The notes: a model not told the origin generated them from the sequence alone. Positions 23,275 to 34,264 are shown, numbered from the stretch's first letter. The stretch is DNA of 62,204 nt from Chiloscyllium plagiosum (GCF_004010195.1 NC_057755.1:4586859-4649062); one strand, 5' to 3'. Translations and numbers: made by a program.

Positions 23275-25914
23275 CTAAGGCAAAGGCTCCCTTGGCCATA
23301 TAACGCTTTCACGTCGAGGCTCTCTTTGCAAAGCTGTGCTATCAGATGTAGCACCTTCACCCGCAGTGTTTGGATCAGCCTGTGTCTGTGCGCTCTGGGG
23401 GCCACGTTGAGGCCTACCTCGTAAAGCTGCGTTATCAGGGAGAGGGCCTTCCCCTTGTACCGTACGAGGCGCTGGACCCCTTTGGGGCTCTGTGGTCTGG
23501 CAAGCACTGCGTGGCCACAGAACACTTTCACGAAAAGGTTCTCTTTGGAATGCTATGTTGTCTTCCTCCTGCACTACCTGAGGAATTGGAGCCCTCTGCG
23601 ACTCTGCACTCGGAGGCAAAGCGTCTCTGGGCCACAGTATGCTTTCCCGTCGGGGCTCCCTACTCAAAGCCAAGTTATTTGGTGTACGGTTCCGCTGCAA
23701 TGCTGCATTTGGTGCAGACTGGTCTCTTGACCAAGTAATACTTCTACGGCGAGGATCCAAAGGCAACACTACATTAGCAGGGGCATGGCCTCTCGGTATC
23801 ACTATATTTGGGGGGAATGAGTCTCTTGGCCAAACAACACTTTCACGACGAGGGTCTCTTGGCAATGCTATTGCATTAATATCAGAATCAAGGACCCTCT
23901 GTAACAATGCAGTAGGGGGACGATCTCTTGGCCAGGCGACACTTCCACGTCGAGGGTCACCAGTTGGTGCTATGTTTTGAAGAACACGGTCCCTGTGTAC
24001 CAATGCATTAGGAAACAGATGATCTCTTGGCCACACAACACTCTCACGCCGAGGTTCTCTTAGCAATGCTACGTTATTATTATCAGTGGCTGGGTCTCCC
24101 TGTGACAATGCATTTGGGGGTGGTTGATTTCCTGGCCGTCCAGCACCTCCGCTTCGGGGATCACACTGTGCCGCAATGTTTTGAGGAATAATGTCCCTCT
24201 GTAGCAATACGTTTGGGGGAACTGCAACACTCCTTCGTTGAAGATCTCTGGTCAAAGCTCTATTAACGGGAACAGGATCTCTCTGCTGTGCTCTGTCTTG
24301 TGGAAAATCAAAATCTTCACACTGACGTGCACCAGGAAACACACTTCCAAGATCAAGAACTGAATTATTATTTGAATTGTGATTAAAGGCTCGTGCACCG
24401 GGGCCTCTTTGTGGTGGTTCATTTGAGACGCATTGCAGCAAATTATTGTTGTTGTTGATATTATCTGAATCCAAACCACTTGGCTGCTGAGCCAAGTTCC
24501 CAAACCTACATTCGTCAAACAATGGATCAACTGGATCAAGATCCTTTGACAGCAATAAAGGGATAGGAGTTTTGCTTTGTGGCCGAATACAACTTTCAGA
24601 CGGCTCTCTGCTAGGTAATGCAGTTTCAGCAGGAGTACAGTCCCTCTGTAGTTCAGTATTTTGTACTGCTCTCTCTTCTGGCCAACCAGCAGCAATCTCA
24701 CTTACCAGCACTCTTGGTCTGATCGGGTTTGTTCCCAGTAATGGATTATCAGGCTCAAAATTCCTGTGCAGCCCTATATTCGGAGGAAGGGGGATTTGTG
24801 GCCAAAGAATGTATTCACTCTGATGCTCTCTCTGCAGCACTATGTTACTACGTATAGGAATTCGACACGTACTCTGAAATCTAGATTCACTTTGCGGTAC
24901 AATATTACCACGCTGACTTGCACTTGGTATAAGAGCTAAATTTTGATGCCAGGGGTAATTCTGTAAATTCCTGACCTGCCTCTGAGCTCCTCTTGGAAAG
25001 GGAGTAGATTCATTTGATGGCCCTCTGCCCAAAACATCGATATCAGGCTCAGGGTATCTATGCAATGGACGAGTTTCTCGACGAGGGTATCTCCGCGGTA
25101 CAAACTCAATTCCTTGCAAGTTCAAACCAGATCCCTCTAGTGGCCACAACAGAGGCTGGCTCCAATTTGAAGGTCTGGAAGTCCCTGCACCAAAATCGTT
25201 CTGGTTACGTTGCACTTTTGTGCTGCCACACAATGGGCCACAAAATGCTTTTGCAACAATACTCTTTCTAAATCGCTGTGTTTTTCTTATAGCAGCTTTA
25301 TTTTTACGCTGACGTAACGCTTGGTGACCTGGCAATGCTCTCTGACAAGATGCACATGACAGGATAACTTTTTTCTGACAAGGTGCTCTTACACCAATTC
25401 TCAGTTGATTTTTCCTTTTCTTGCAGATGGTGGTCCGCGGTTGGCGGCTTGTTCTCAAATGAACATGAGCTAACCTTTTGGAAGTAGGACACTGTCGACG
25501 GGATGCTCTCCTGAAGTTTCTTCTGCTATATGGCCTTTTCGTACAAACAACTTTACGCTTACAAGGTGCTCTCTTAACAGCTGCGTTTTGCTTAACAGGC
25601 TTTCTTTTACATGGAGCCCTTTGTCTGGTGGACGCCTTCGTACGCTTTTTCGGAGCAGTTGCTCTTGCACGAAGAGCACGTTGCCGACGGGACGCTCTTG
25701 CACAAGTTGCGAGACGGCCGGCTCTTGCAGCTCGTCTTTGATTGGCAGCTCTTACACGGGCAGTCCTTTTTGGGCGCCCTGTCCTGGTGGTGGTGGCCCT
25801 CCTTTGCCTTGCGGAAGTCGTTGATTGGCGTCTCCTGTTAGCGCCACATGGCGCGCTGGTTTGTCGCGCCCGCGCCACTCTGCTGCTGAAGGTTTCAGTC
25901 ACGACCCTTGCCAG
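23275..25914 (-). CDS. Uncharacterised ~880-aa ORF: Arg/Lys/Cys-rich basic N-terminus, disordered middle, C-terminal PRRES[VI]xWP repeats
   Basis: 2.6 kb stop-free frame in non-repetitive, TE-free sequence. Repeats are conserved at the protein level despite DNA divergence. Candidate acceptor cctttag| at 25915. AATAAA at 22934-22939 and 22918-22923. No in-frame ATG, so the start is unresolved. Confidence 0.75.
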   Translation of the reverse strand: MARVVTETFSSRVARARQTSAPCGANRRRQSTTSARQRRATTTRTGRPKRTARVRAANQRRAARAGRLATCARASRRQRALRARATAPKKRTKASTRQRAPCKRKPVKQNAAVKRAPCKRKVVCTKRPYSRRNFRRASRRQCPTSKRLAHVHLRTSRQPRTTICKKRKNQLRIGVRAPCQKKVILSCASCQRALPGHQALRQRKNKAAIRKTQRFRKSIVAKAFCGPLCGSTKVQRNQNDFGAGTSRPSNWSQPLLWPLEGSGLNLQGIEFVPRRYPRRETRPLHRYPEPDIDVLGRGPSNESTPFPRGAQRQVRNLQNYPWHQNLALIPSASQRGNIVPQSESRFQSTCRIPIRSNIVLQREHQSEYILWPQIPLPPNIGLHRNFEPDNPLLGTNPIRPRVLVSEIAAGWPEERAVQNTELQRDCTPAETALPSREPSESCIRPQSKTPIPLLLSKDLDPVDPLFDECRFGNLAQQPSGLDSDNINNNNNLLQCVSNEPPQRGPGARAFNHNSNNNSVLDLGSVFPGARQCEDFDFPQDRAQQRDPVPVNRALTRDLQRRSVAVPPNVLLQRDIIPQNIAAQCDPRSGGAGRPGNQPPPNALSQGDPATDNNNVALLREPRRESVVWPRDHLFPNALVHRDRVLQNIAPTGDPRRGSVAWPRDRPPTALLQRVLDSDINAIALPRDPRRESVVWPRDSFPPNIVIPRGHAPANVVLPLDPRRRSITWSRDQSAPNAALQRNRTPNNLALSREPRRESILWPRDALPPSAESQRAPIPQVVQEEDNIAFQREPFRESVLWPRSACQTTEPQRGPAPRTVQGEGPLPDNAALRGRPQRGPQSAQTQADPNTAGEGATSDSTALQREPRRESVIWPREPLP

Positions 25915-27627
25915 CTAAAGGATGGAGTATGAAGGACTATGGTGTACGACGGACTATGGTGAACTTGGCTGCTGGGGAAAAGGTCGGTTACGTTGCTCGC
26001 CGTGACTTGGTGACTCCTGGGTGACTGTGCTTCAGTACTTCCTTGGCTTGATCCACTTGGGTGGTCACCTCTGCGGCGCAGTTGCTGTCTTGACGGCAGT
26101 TCCTCCGTTGGGTTGCTTCTCTGGCCTCTTGGTGATGGCGGGTAGGCGTGCTCACCCCAGCTGGGTACCTGCTAAATTAAACCAGGGGGAGGAGCGGCTT
26201 GATGGATCAGATGGCTTTGCCGCCTCTCGGCATCTCTGCCGCCGTTTGCGTTCGGAGCACCGGAGATGGCGCCTTTCGCCGTCGGGCAACAACCTTTGAC
26301 CAATACCGGCGTGAAAGAGAGGTAAGAGAGAAAAAGCAACAAAAAACAAAAGAAAAAGAGGGTGGGTGGGGGGGGGGGGTGGGTGCGTGGTNNNNNNNNN
26401 NNNNNNNNNNNNNNNNNNNNNNNNNNNNNNNNNNNNNNNNNNNNNNNNNNNNNNNNNNNNNNNNNNNNNNNNNNNNNNNNNNNNNNNNNNNNNNNNNNNN
26501 NNNNNNNNNNNNNNNNNNNNNNNNNNNNNNNNNNNNNNNNNNNNNNNNNNNNNNNNNNNNNNNNNNNNNNNNNNNNNNNNNNNNNNNNNNNNNNNNNNNN
26601 NNNNNNNNNNNNNNNNNNNNNNNNNNNNNNNNNNNNNNNNNNNNNNNNNNNNNNNNNNNNNNNNNNNNNNNNNNNNNNNNNNNNNNNNNNNNNNNNNNNN
26701 NNNNNNNNNNNNNNNNNNNNNNNNNNNNNNNNNNNNNNNNNNNNNNNNNNNNNNNNNNNNNNNNNNNNNNNNNNNNNNNNNNNNNNNNNNNNNNNNNNNN
26801 NNNNNNNNNNNNNNNNNNNNNNNNNNNNNNNNNNNNNNNNNNNNNNNNNNNNNNNNNNNNNNNNNNNNNNNNNNNNNNNNNNNNNNNNNNNNNNNNNNNN
26901 NNNNNNNNNNNNNNNNNNNNNNNNNNNNNNNNNNNNNNNNNNNNNNNNNNNNNNNNNNNNNNNNNNNNNNNNNNNNNNNNNNNNNNNNNNNNNNNNNNNN
27001 NNNNNNNNNNNNNNNNNNNNNNNNNNNNNNNNNNNNNNNNNNNNNNNNNNNNNNNNNNNNNNNNNNNNNNNNNNNNNNNNNNNNNNNNNNNNNNNNNNNN
27101 NNNNNNNNNNNNNNNNNNNNNNNNNNNNNNNNNNNNNNNNNNNNNNNNNNNNNNNNNNNNNNNNNNNNNNNNNNNNNNNNNNNNNNNNNNNNNNNNNNNN
27201 NNNNNNNNNNNNNNNNNNNNNNNNNNNNNNNNNNNNNNNNNNNNNNNNNNNNNNNNNNNNNNNNNNNNNNNNNNNNNNNNNNNNNNNNNNNNNNNNNNNN
27301 NNNNNNNNNNNNNNNNNNNNNNNNNNNNNNNNNNNNNNNNNNNNNNNNNNNNNNNNNNNNNNNNGGGCGGGGCGAGGCGGGGCACGTGGTGGGGGGGCTG
27401 GGAACGCCACGGGGTGGTGAGCGGGGAAAGGCGGAAAGAGAGCAGCGCGAGCAGTAGCCCCGCCCCCCCCACGCAACGTGCGGGCGCCTGGAAACCGACG
27501 GGAAACGGGGCAAATCACGTGACCCCAATGTCCCGCGGGCGGCGGCGGGGATTTTAAAACCGCCCGCTGTGGATTGTGGAGGGTGAGGGGAGCTCCATCA
27601 TTCCCGCCCACACACTTGTTCCCGCCC
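25900..27627. promoter_or_regulatory. CpG island / probable bidirectional promoter (interrupted by gap 26392-27364)
   Basis: High CpG density. GGGCGG boxes from 27365, CACGTG 27383-27388, TCACGTGAC 27515-27523, CCAAT 27525-27529, GGCGG-N4-TTTAAA 27544-27558. Confidence 0.75.
26392..27364. other. Assembly gap (973 N)
   Basis: N run. Confidence 1.
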
Positions 27628-28127
27628 NNNNNNNNNNNNNNNNNNNNNNNNNNNNNNNNNNNNNNNNNNNNNNNNNNNNNNNNNNNNNNNNNNNNNNNNN
27701 NNNNNNNNNNNNNNNNNNNNNNNNNNNNNNNNNNNNNNNNNNNNNNNNNNNNNNNNNNNNNNNNNNNNNNNNNNNNNNNNNNNNNNNNNNNNNNNNNNNN
27801 NNNNNNNNNNNNNNNNNNNNNNNNNNNNNNNNNNNNNNNNNNNNNNNNNNNNNNNNNNNNNNNNNNNNNNNNNNNNNNNNNNNNNNNNNNNNNNNNNNNN
27901 NNNNNNNNNNNNNNNNNNNNNNNNNNNNNNNNNNNNNNNNNNNNNNNNNNNNNNNNNNNNNNNNNNNNNNNNNNNNNNNNNNNNNNNNNNNNNNNNNNNN
28001 NNNNNNNNNNNNNNNNNNNNNNNNNNNNNNNNNNNNNNNNNNNNNNNNNNNNNNNNNNNNNNNNNNNNNNNNNNNNNNNNNNNNNNNNNNNNNNNNNNNN
28101 NNNNNNNNNNNNNNNNNNNNNNNNNNN
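27628..28127. other. Assembly gap (exactly 500 N, placeholder-like)
   Basis: N run. Confidence 1.
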
Positions 28128-28305
28128 TGGCCATGGGAAATTGTCACAGACTGCCCAGGGATGTGTAGGTGAGATGCATTAGTCGGGGGTCGGTGTGGTA
28201 AATGTCGAGTAGCAGGGTTGGAGAATGCGTCTGGGTGGGTTACTATTCAGAGGTCGGTGTGGACTTGTTGGGCCGAAGCACTGTTGCCGCATTGTAGGGA
28301 ATGTA
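28128..28305 (+). mobile_element. SINE 3' part starting within a 53-bp unit
   Basis: tggccatgggaaattgtcacagactgcccagggatgtgtagg...ggacttgttgggccgaag...tgtagggaat. Confidence 0.8.
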
Positions 28306-28981
28306 TGATGCTCAAGAGGCAGACAAGAGAACAAACTGGGCCCAACTGAACCTGTGCGGGGAGGTCCAGGTCATGTCCCACCAGGAAGTGCGCAATAACT
28401 TCTCTGAAAATAAGTTAAATTCAAAAATAAAACAAACTTTTAAAGGGGTATCGAGAAAGCCCCGCTGGACTACCCGCTTCAGTTATCCAAACTCAAAACT
28501 GTGTCCAATTCGGCACTCTGCGTTTTACAAAAGATATAGCAGCCTCCTAGCCAGTAAAACACAGGTTGCTAATTTGGCCAAGCAGCAAGGGATGCTGGGT
28601 ACATTGGCCACGTAAACTCAAGTCAAAAAAAAAACCCAAAACACCAGACACAGTGCAAACACAGCAGCCAGGTGCTCATGGTATAAGCAAGATGTGAAAG
28701 GCAATAGACACCCTTGAGAGACAAAGCTCCCCCCACCAACCTTATTGACTAAACAAGAGTGAGCCAAGACAGAAAAGCACTGCGTCCTGCTACACCAAGA
28801 AATGAACAGTAGCAAGCCATCTAAATGATTGACACTGTTTCCGACTATTCAGTTAGTCTCCCTGATGGGCCAGAACTATAGAACGTTCCAAAAAACCATC
28901 TAAAAGGTACAAAAACAGGGATCATTAGCAGACCCCTCCTCTTGAACATTCTGGAGATCTTCTATGGATACCATCACGGAA

Positions 28982-31900
28982 AGAGGCTGACCCGCCAGAG
29001 AGAGAGAGAGAGAGGCTGACCCGCCAGAGAGTGAGAGCGAGAGAGAGAGGCTGACCCGCCAGAGAGCGAGAGTGAGAGAGTGAGAGAGGCTGACCCGCCA
29101 GAGAGCGAGAGTGAGAGAGTGAGAGAGGCTGACCCGCCAGAGAGCGAGAGTGAGAGTGAGAGAGTGAGAGAGGCTGACCCACCAGAGAGCGAGAGTGAGA
29201 GAGGCTGACCCACCAGAGAGCGAAAGTGAGAGAGTGAGAGAGGCTGACCCACCAGAGAGCGAGAGTGAGAGCGAGAGTGAGAGAGGCTGACCCACCAGAG
29301 AGCGAGAGTGAGAGAGGCTGACCCACCAGAGAGCGAAAGTGAGAGAGCGAGAGAGGCTGACCTGCCAGAGAGCGAGAGCGAGAGAGTGAGAGAGGCTGAC
29401 CCACCAGAGAGCAAAAGCGAGAGTGAGAGTGAGGGAGCGAGAGAGGCTGACCCACCAGAGAGCGAGAGAGAGAGAGAGAGGCTGACCCACCAGAGAGCGA
29501 AAGTGAGAGAGTGAGAGAGGCTGACCCACCAGAAAGCGAGAGTGAGAGCGAGAGCGAGAGAGGCTGACCCGCCAGAGAGAGAGAGTGAGAGAGTGAGAGA
29601 GGCTGACCCACCAGAGAGTGAGAGTGAGGGAGTGAGAGAGGCTGACCCACCAGAGAGCGAGAGTGAGAGAGTGAGAGAGGCTGACCCACCAGAGAGCGAG
29701 AGCGAGAGCGAGAGGCTGACCCGCCAGAGAGAGTGAGAGCGAGAGCGAGTGAGTGAGTGAGAGAGGCTGACCAACCAGAGAGCGAGAGCGAGAGACTGAC
29801 CCACCAGAGAGCGAGAGCGAGAGTGAGTGAGTGAGAGAGGCTGACCCGCCAGAGAGCGAGAGCGAGAGAGAGGCTGACAAGCCAGAGAGCGAGAGCGAGA
29901 GCGAGAGAGAGAGAGGCTGACCCGCCAGAGAGCGAGAGTGAGAGAGAGAGAGGCTGACCCGCCAGAGAGCGAGAGCAAGAAGCTGACCCGCCAGAGAGCG
30001 AGAGTGAGAGTGAGAGAGCGAGAGAGGCTGACCCGCCAGAGAGCGAGAGTGAGAGAGGCTGACAAGCCAGAGAGAGCGAGAGCAAGAGGCTGACCCGCCA
30101 GAGAGCGAGAGTGAGAGAGAGAGAGGCTGACCCACCAGAGAGCGAGAGCGAGAGGCTGACCCACCAGAGAGCGAGAGTGAGAGGCTGACCCACCAGAGAG
30201 CGAGAGTGAGAGAGCGAGAGGCTGACCTGCCAGAGAGCGAGAGCGAGAGAGGCTGACAAGCCCGAGAGCGAGAGCGAGAGAGGCTGACAAGCCAGAGAGC
30301 GAGAGCGAGAGGCTGACAAGCCAGAGAGCGAGAGTGAGAGAGTGAGAGAGGCTGACCCGCCAGAGAGCGAGAGTGAGAGAGAGAGAGGCTGACCAACCAG
30401 AGACCGAGAGCGAGAGAGGCTGACCCGCCAGAGAGCAAGAGTGAGTGAGTGAGAGAGGCTGACCCACCAGAGAGCGAGAGTGAGAGCAAGTGAGTGAGTG
30501 AAAGAGGCTGACCAGCCAGAGAGCAAGAGTGAGAGAGAGAGAGGCTGACCCACCAGAGAGCGAGAGCGAGAGGGAGAGAGGCTGACCCGCCAGAGAACGA
30601 GAGCGAGAGAGAGAGAGGCTGACCCGCCAGAGAGCGAGAGTGAGAGAGAGAGAGGCTGACCCGCCAGAGAGCGAGAGCGAGATCGAGAGTGAGAGCAAGT
30701 GAGTGAGTGAGAGAGGCTGACCAGCCAGAGAGCGAGAGCGAGAGCGAGAGAGGCTGACAAGCCAGAGAGCGAGAGTGAGAGAGAGAGAGCGAGAGCAAGA
30801 GGCTGACCCACCAGAGAGCGAGAGCGAGAGCGAGAGAGGCTGACAAGCCAGAGAGCGAGAGGCTGACCCGCCAAAGAGCGAGAGCGAGAGGCTGACCCGC
30901 CAGAGAGCGAGAGCGAGAGCGAGAAGCTGACCCGCCAGAGAGCGAGAGCGAGAGCGAGAGAGCGAGAGAGGCTGACCCGCCAGAGAGCGAGAGTGAGAGA
31001 GGCTGACAAGCCAGAGAAGCGAGAGCAAGAGGCTGACCCACCAGAGAGCGAGAGTGAGAGAGAGAGAGGCTGACCCACCAGAGAGCAAGAGCGAGAGAGG
31101 CTGACCCGCCAGAGAGCGGGAGAGAGAGGCTGACCCGCCAGAGAGCGAGAGTGAGAGAGGCTGACAAGCCAGAGAGAGCGAGAGCAAGAGGCTGACCCGC
31201 CAGAGAGCGAGAGTGAGAGAGAGAGAGGCTGACCCACCAGAGAGCGAGAGAGGCTGACCCGCCAGAGAGCGAGAGCGAGAGGCTGACCCGCCAGAGAGCG
31301 AGAGCGAGAGGCTGACCCGCCAGAGAGAGTGAAAGCGAGAGCGAGTGAGTGAGTGAGAGAGACTGACCAACCAGAGAGCGAGAGTGAGAGGCTGACCCGC
31401 CAGAGAGCGAGAGAGGCTGACAAGCCAGAGAGCGAGAGCGAGAGAGGCTGACAAGCCAGAGAGCGAGAGCGAGAGAGGCTGACAAGCCAGAGAGCGAGAG
31501 CGAGAGAGGCTGACAAGCCAGAGAGCGAGAGCGAGAGAGGCTGACAAGCCAGAGAGCGAGAGCGAGAGAGGCTGACAAGCCAGAGAGCGAGAGCGAGAGA
31601 GGCTGACAAGCCAGAGAGCGAGAGCGAGAGAGGCTGACAAGCCAGAGAGCGAGAGTGAGAGAGAGAGAGGCTGACCCACCAGAGAGCGAGAGAGGCTGAC
31701 CCGCCAGAGAGCGAGAGTGAGAGAGNNNNNNNNNNNNNNNNNNNNNNNNNNNNNNNNNNNNNNNNNNNNNNNNNNNNNNNNNNNNNNNNNNNNNNNNNNN
31801 NNNNNNNNNNNNNNNNNNNNNNNNNNNNNNNNNNNNNNNNNNNNNNNNNNNNNNNNNNNNNNNNNNNNNNNNNNNNNNNNNNNNNNNNNNNNNNNNNNNN

Positions 31901-33108
31901 NNNNNNNNNNNNNNNNNNNNNNNNNNNNNNNNNNNNNNNNNNNNNNNNNNNNNNNNNNNNNNNNNNNNNNNNNNNNNNNNNNNNNNNNNNNNNNNNNNNN
32001 NNNNNNNNNNNNNNNNNNNNNNNNNNNNNNNNNNNNNNNNNNNNNNNNNNNNNNNNNNNNNNNNNNNNNNNNNNNNNNNNNNNNNNNNNNNNNNNNNNNN
32101 NNNNNNNNNNNNNNNNNNNNNNNNNNNNNNNNNNNNNNNNNNNNNNNNNNNNNNNNNNNNNNNNNNNNNNNNNNNNNNNNNNNNNNNNNNNNNNNNNNNN
32201 NNNNNNNNNNNNNNNNNNNNNNNNNNNNNNNNNNNNNNNNNNNNNNNNNNNNNNNNNNNNNNNNNNNNNNNNNNNNNNNNNNNNNNNNNNNNNNNNNNNN
32301 NNNNNNNNNNNNNNNNNNNNNNNNNNNNNNNNNNNNNNNNNNNNNNNNNNNNNNNNNNNNNNNNNNNNNNNNNNNNNNNNNNNNNNNNNNNNNNNNNNNN
32401 NNNNNNNNNNNNNNNNNNNNNNNNNNNNNNNNNNNNNNNNNNNNNNNNNNNNNNNNNNNNNNNNNNNNNNNNNNNNNNNNNNNNNNNNNNNNNNNNNNNN
32501 NNNNNNNNNNNGAGAGAGGCTGATCCGCCAGAGAGCGAGAGAGGCTGACCCACCAGAGAGCGAGAGTGAGAGAGGCTGACCCGCCAGAGAGCGAGAGTGA
32601 GAGAGTGAGAGAGGCTGACCCGCCAGAGAGCGAGACTGAGAGAGTGAGAGAGGCTGACCCACCAGAGAGCGAGAGTGAGAGAGTGAGAGAGTGAGAGAGG
32701 CTGACCCACCAGAGAGCGAGAGTGAGAGAGTGAGGGAGGCTGACCCACCAGAGAGCGAGAGCGAGAGTGAGAGAGAGAGGCTGACCCACCAGAGAGCGAG
32801 AGTGAGAGAGTGAGAGAGGCTGACCCACCAGAGAGCGAGAGTGAGAGCGAGAGCGAGAGAGGCTGACCCGCCAGAGAGCGAGAGTGAGTGAGTGAGAGAG
32901 TGACTGAGAGAGGCTGACCCGCCAGAGAGCGAGAGTGAGAGAGGCTGACCCACCAGAGAGCGAGAGAGTGAGTGAGAGAGAGAGGCTGATCAGCCAGAGA
33001 GCGAGAGCGAGAGCGAGTGAGTTAGTGAGTGAGAATGTGAGTGAGAGAGCGAGAGCGAGCGAGTGAGTGCGAGAGCGAGCGAGAGTGTGAGTGAGTGAGT
33101 GAGTGAGA
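28982..33108. repeat. Variant-repeat minisatellite: core AGGCTGACnnnCCAGAGAG plus variable (CGAGAG/TGAGAG/GA)n spacers; contains gap 31726-32511
   Basis: Roughly 100 cores visible at ~25-60 bp spacing. Confidence 0.97.
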
Positions 33109-34129
33109 CTGGAAATCTACAAAAGACTTGGGAAGTATTAACTGCTTAAATGGGCCAAATTGGATTAGTGATGGTATGTTTAGTATTAATGGCCCTTGGA
33201 ACTTGCTTCCTAATGAAATTGGGACTGTTTTGCATTGGTATCCGTTGCATTCGGAGTGTTTTGACTGGCTTGGCAAAGACATTCATACCCTGGTAGTTAG
33301 AGCTACCATATTTATTTAAAGAAGGAAGGAGACGCGAGAGGGCATCACCATCTCGGAGAAGGGGTTTGTGGAGGTTCGTTTGCAGCCATTCAGCCCATGT
33401 GATTCTTGCGGCCAAAAAGATAAATCAATACAGAGCTCCCCTGCCTGCTCTGTGTGAGCACTTGTTGCACCTCGAGTAAATAACAAAGTAGTTTTTAATT
33501 TAAAAAGGAACCATGGGGAGGGCTTGTCTGTGGCTCCCTCCACTGCCCTCACAGTCAAAACATTTCCTGCCGAAAGCTTCCATTAATTACTTCTAAATGG
33601 ACAGCCCTTGGTTCCTGACCCCTCTCCCGATGAGGTTCGCTCCTGCCCATCCCCCCTCTATCTTACCCACGCTGTGTTGCCCCTCCCTAAGACAGGGCAG
33701 TGCTCCTTCGGTACTGACCCTCTGCAGTGCGCAACACGCAACTTTGGCTGACGAAACAGGGAGACGTACAGCACAGAAACAGACCCTTCGGCCCAACCCG
33801 TCCCGGATATCCTAACCTAATCTAGTCCCGTCTGCCTACACTTGGCCCATATCCCCCTCAACCCTCCCCATCCACCTTTTAAATGCTGTCATTGTACCAG
33901 CCTCCTCCACTTCCTCTGGCAGTTCCTGCCGTAGGACAGTGATTCCCGCTCCAAGAAATTGGGGAAATCAGCTCCAACACTGGGGGGAAAAAAACCCACC
34001 TCAAAACAAGACCTGCACCTTTCATAGAACCATCGCCAACTCATGCTCGCCTGACAGTCCCTTGCTCTGACAGAGAGTCTCCTGAATCCACACAAACCAA
34101 ACCCAGCCCCTCACGATTAGCCGAGAATG

Positions 34130-34262
34130 ACTCAGTCATACCAACTTAAAAATCACACAACCCCAGGTTAGAGTCCAACAGGTTTAATTGGAAGCACTAG
34201 CTTTCGGAGTGACGCTCCTTCATCAGGTGATCGTAAGGAGCAGCGCTCCGAAAGCTAGTGTC
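34130..34262 (-). mobile_element. Penelope-derived terminal fragment with a hammerhead-like core (34195-34229) and a partial inverted copy
   Basis: The minus strand reads CAC CTGATGA A GGAGC gtc ACTCC GAAA GCTA GTG. Confidence 0.7.
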
Positions 34263-34264
34263 GC

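Noticed and set aside
26152..28182. Long ORFs containing X runs (also at 31717, 34258 and 55627-56480)
   Set aside because: They are open only because of N gaps.
28900..32953. Three ~1300-aa minus-strand ORFs rich in Ser/Leu
   Set aside because: They arise from a stop-free minisatellite plus an N gap; all three frames are open and there is no coding signal.
28982..33108. CRISPR-like repeat/spacer appearance
   Set aside because: The spacers are low-complexity GA hexamers rather than unique sequences, the context is eukaryotic, and there are no cas genes.
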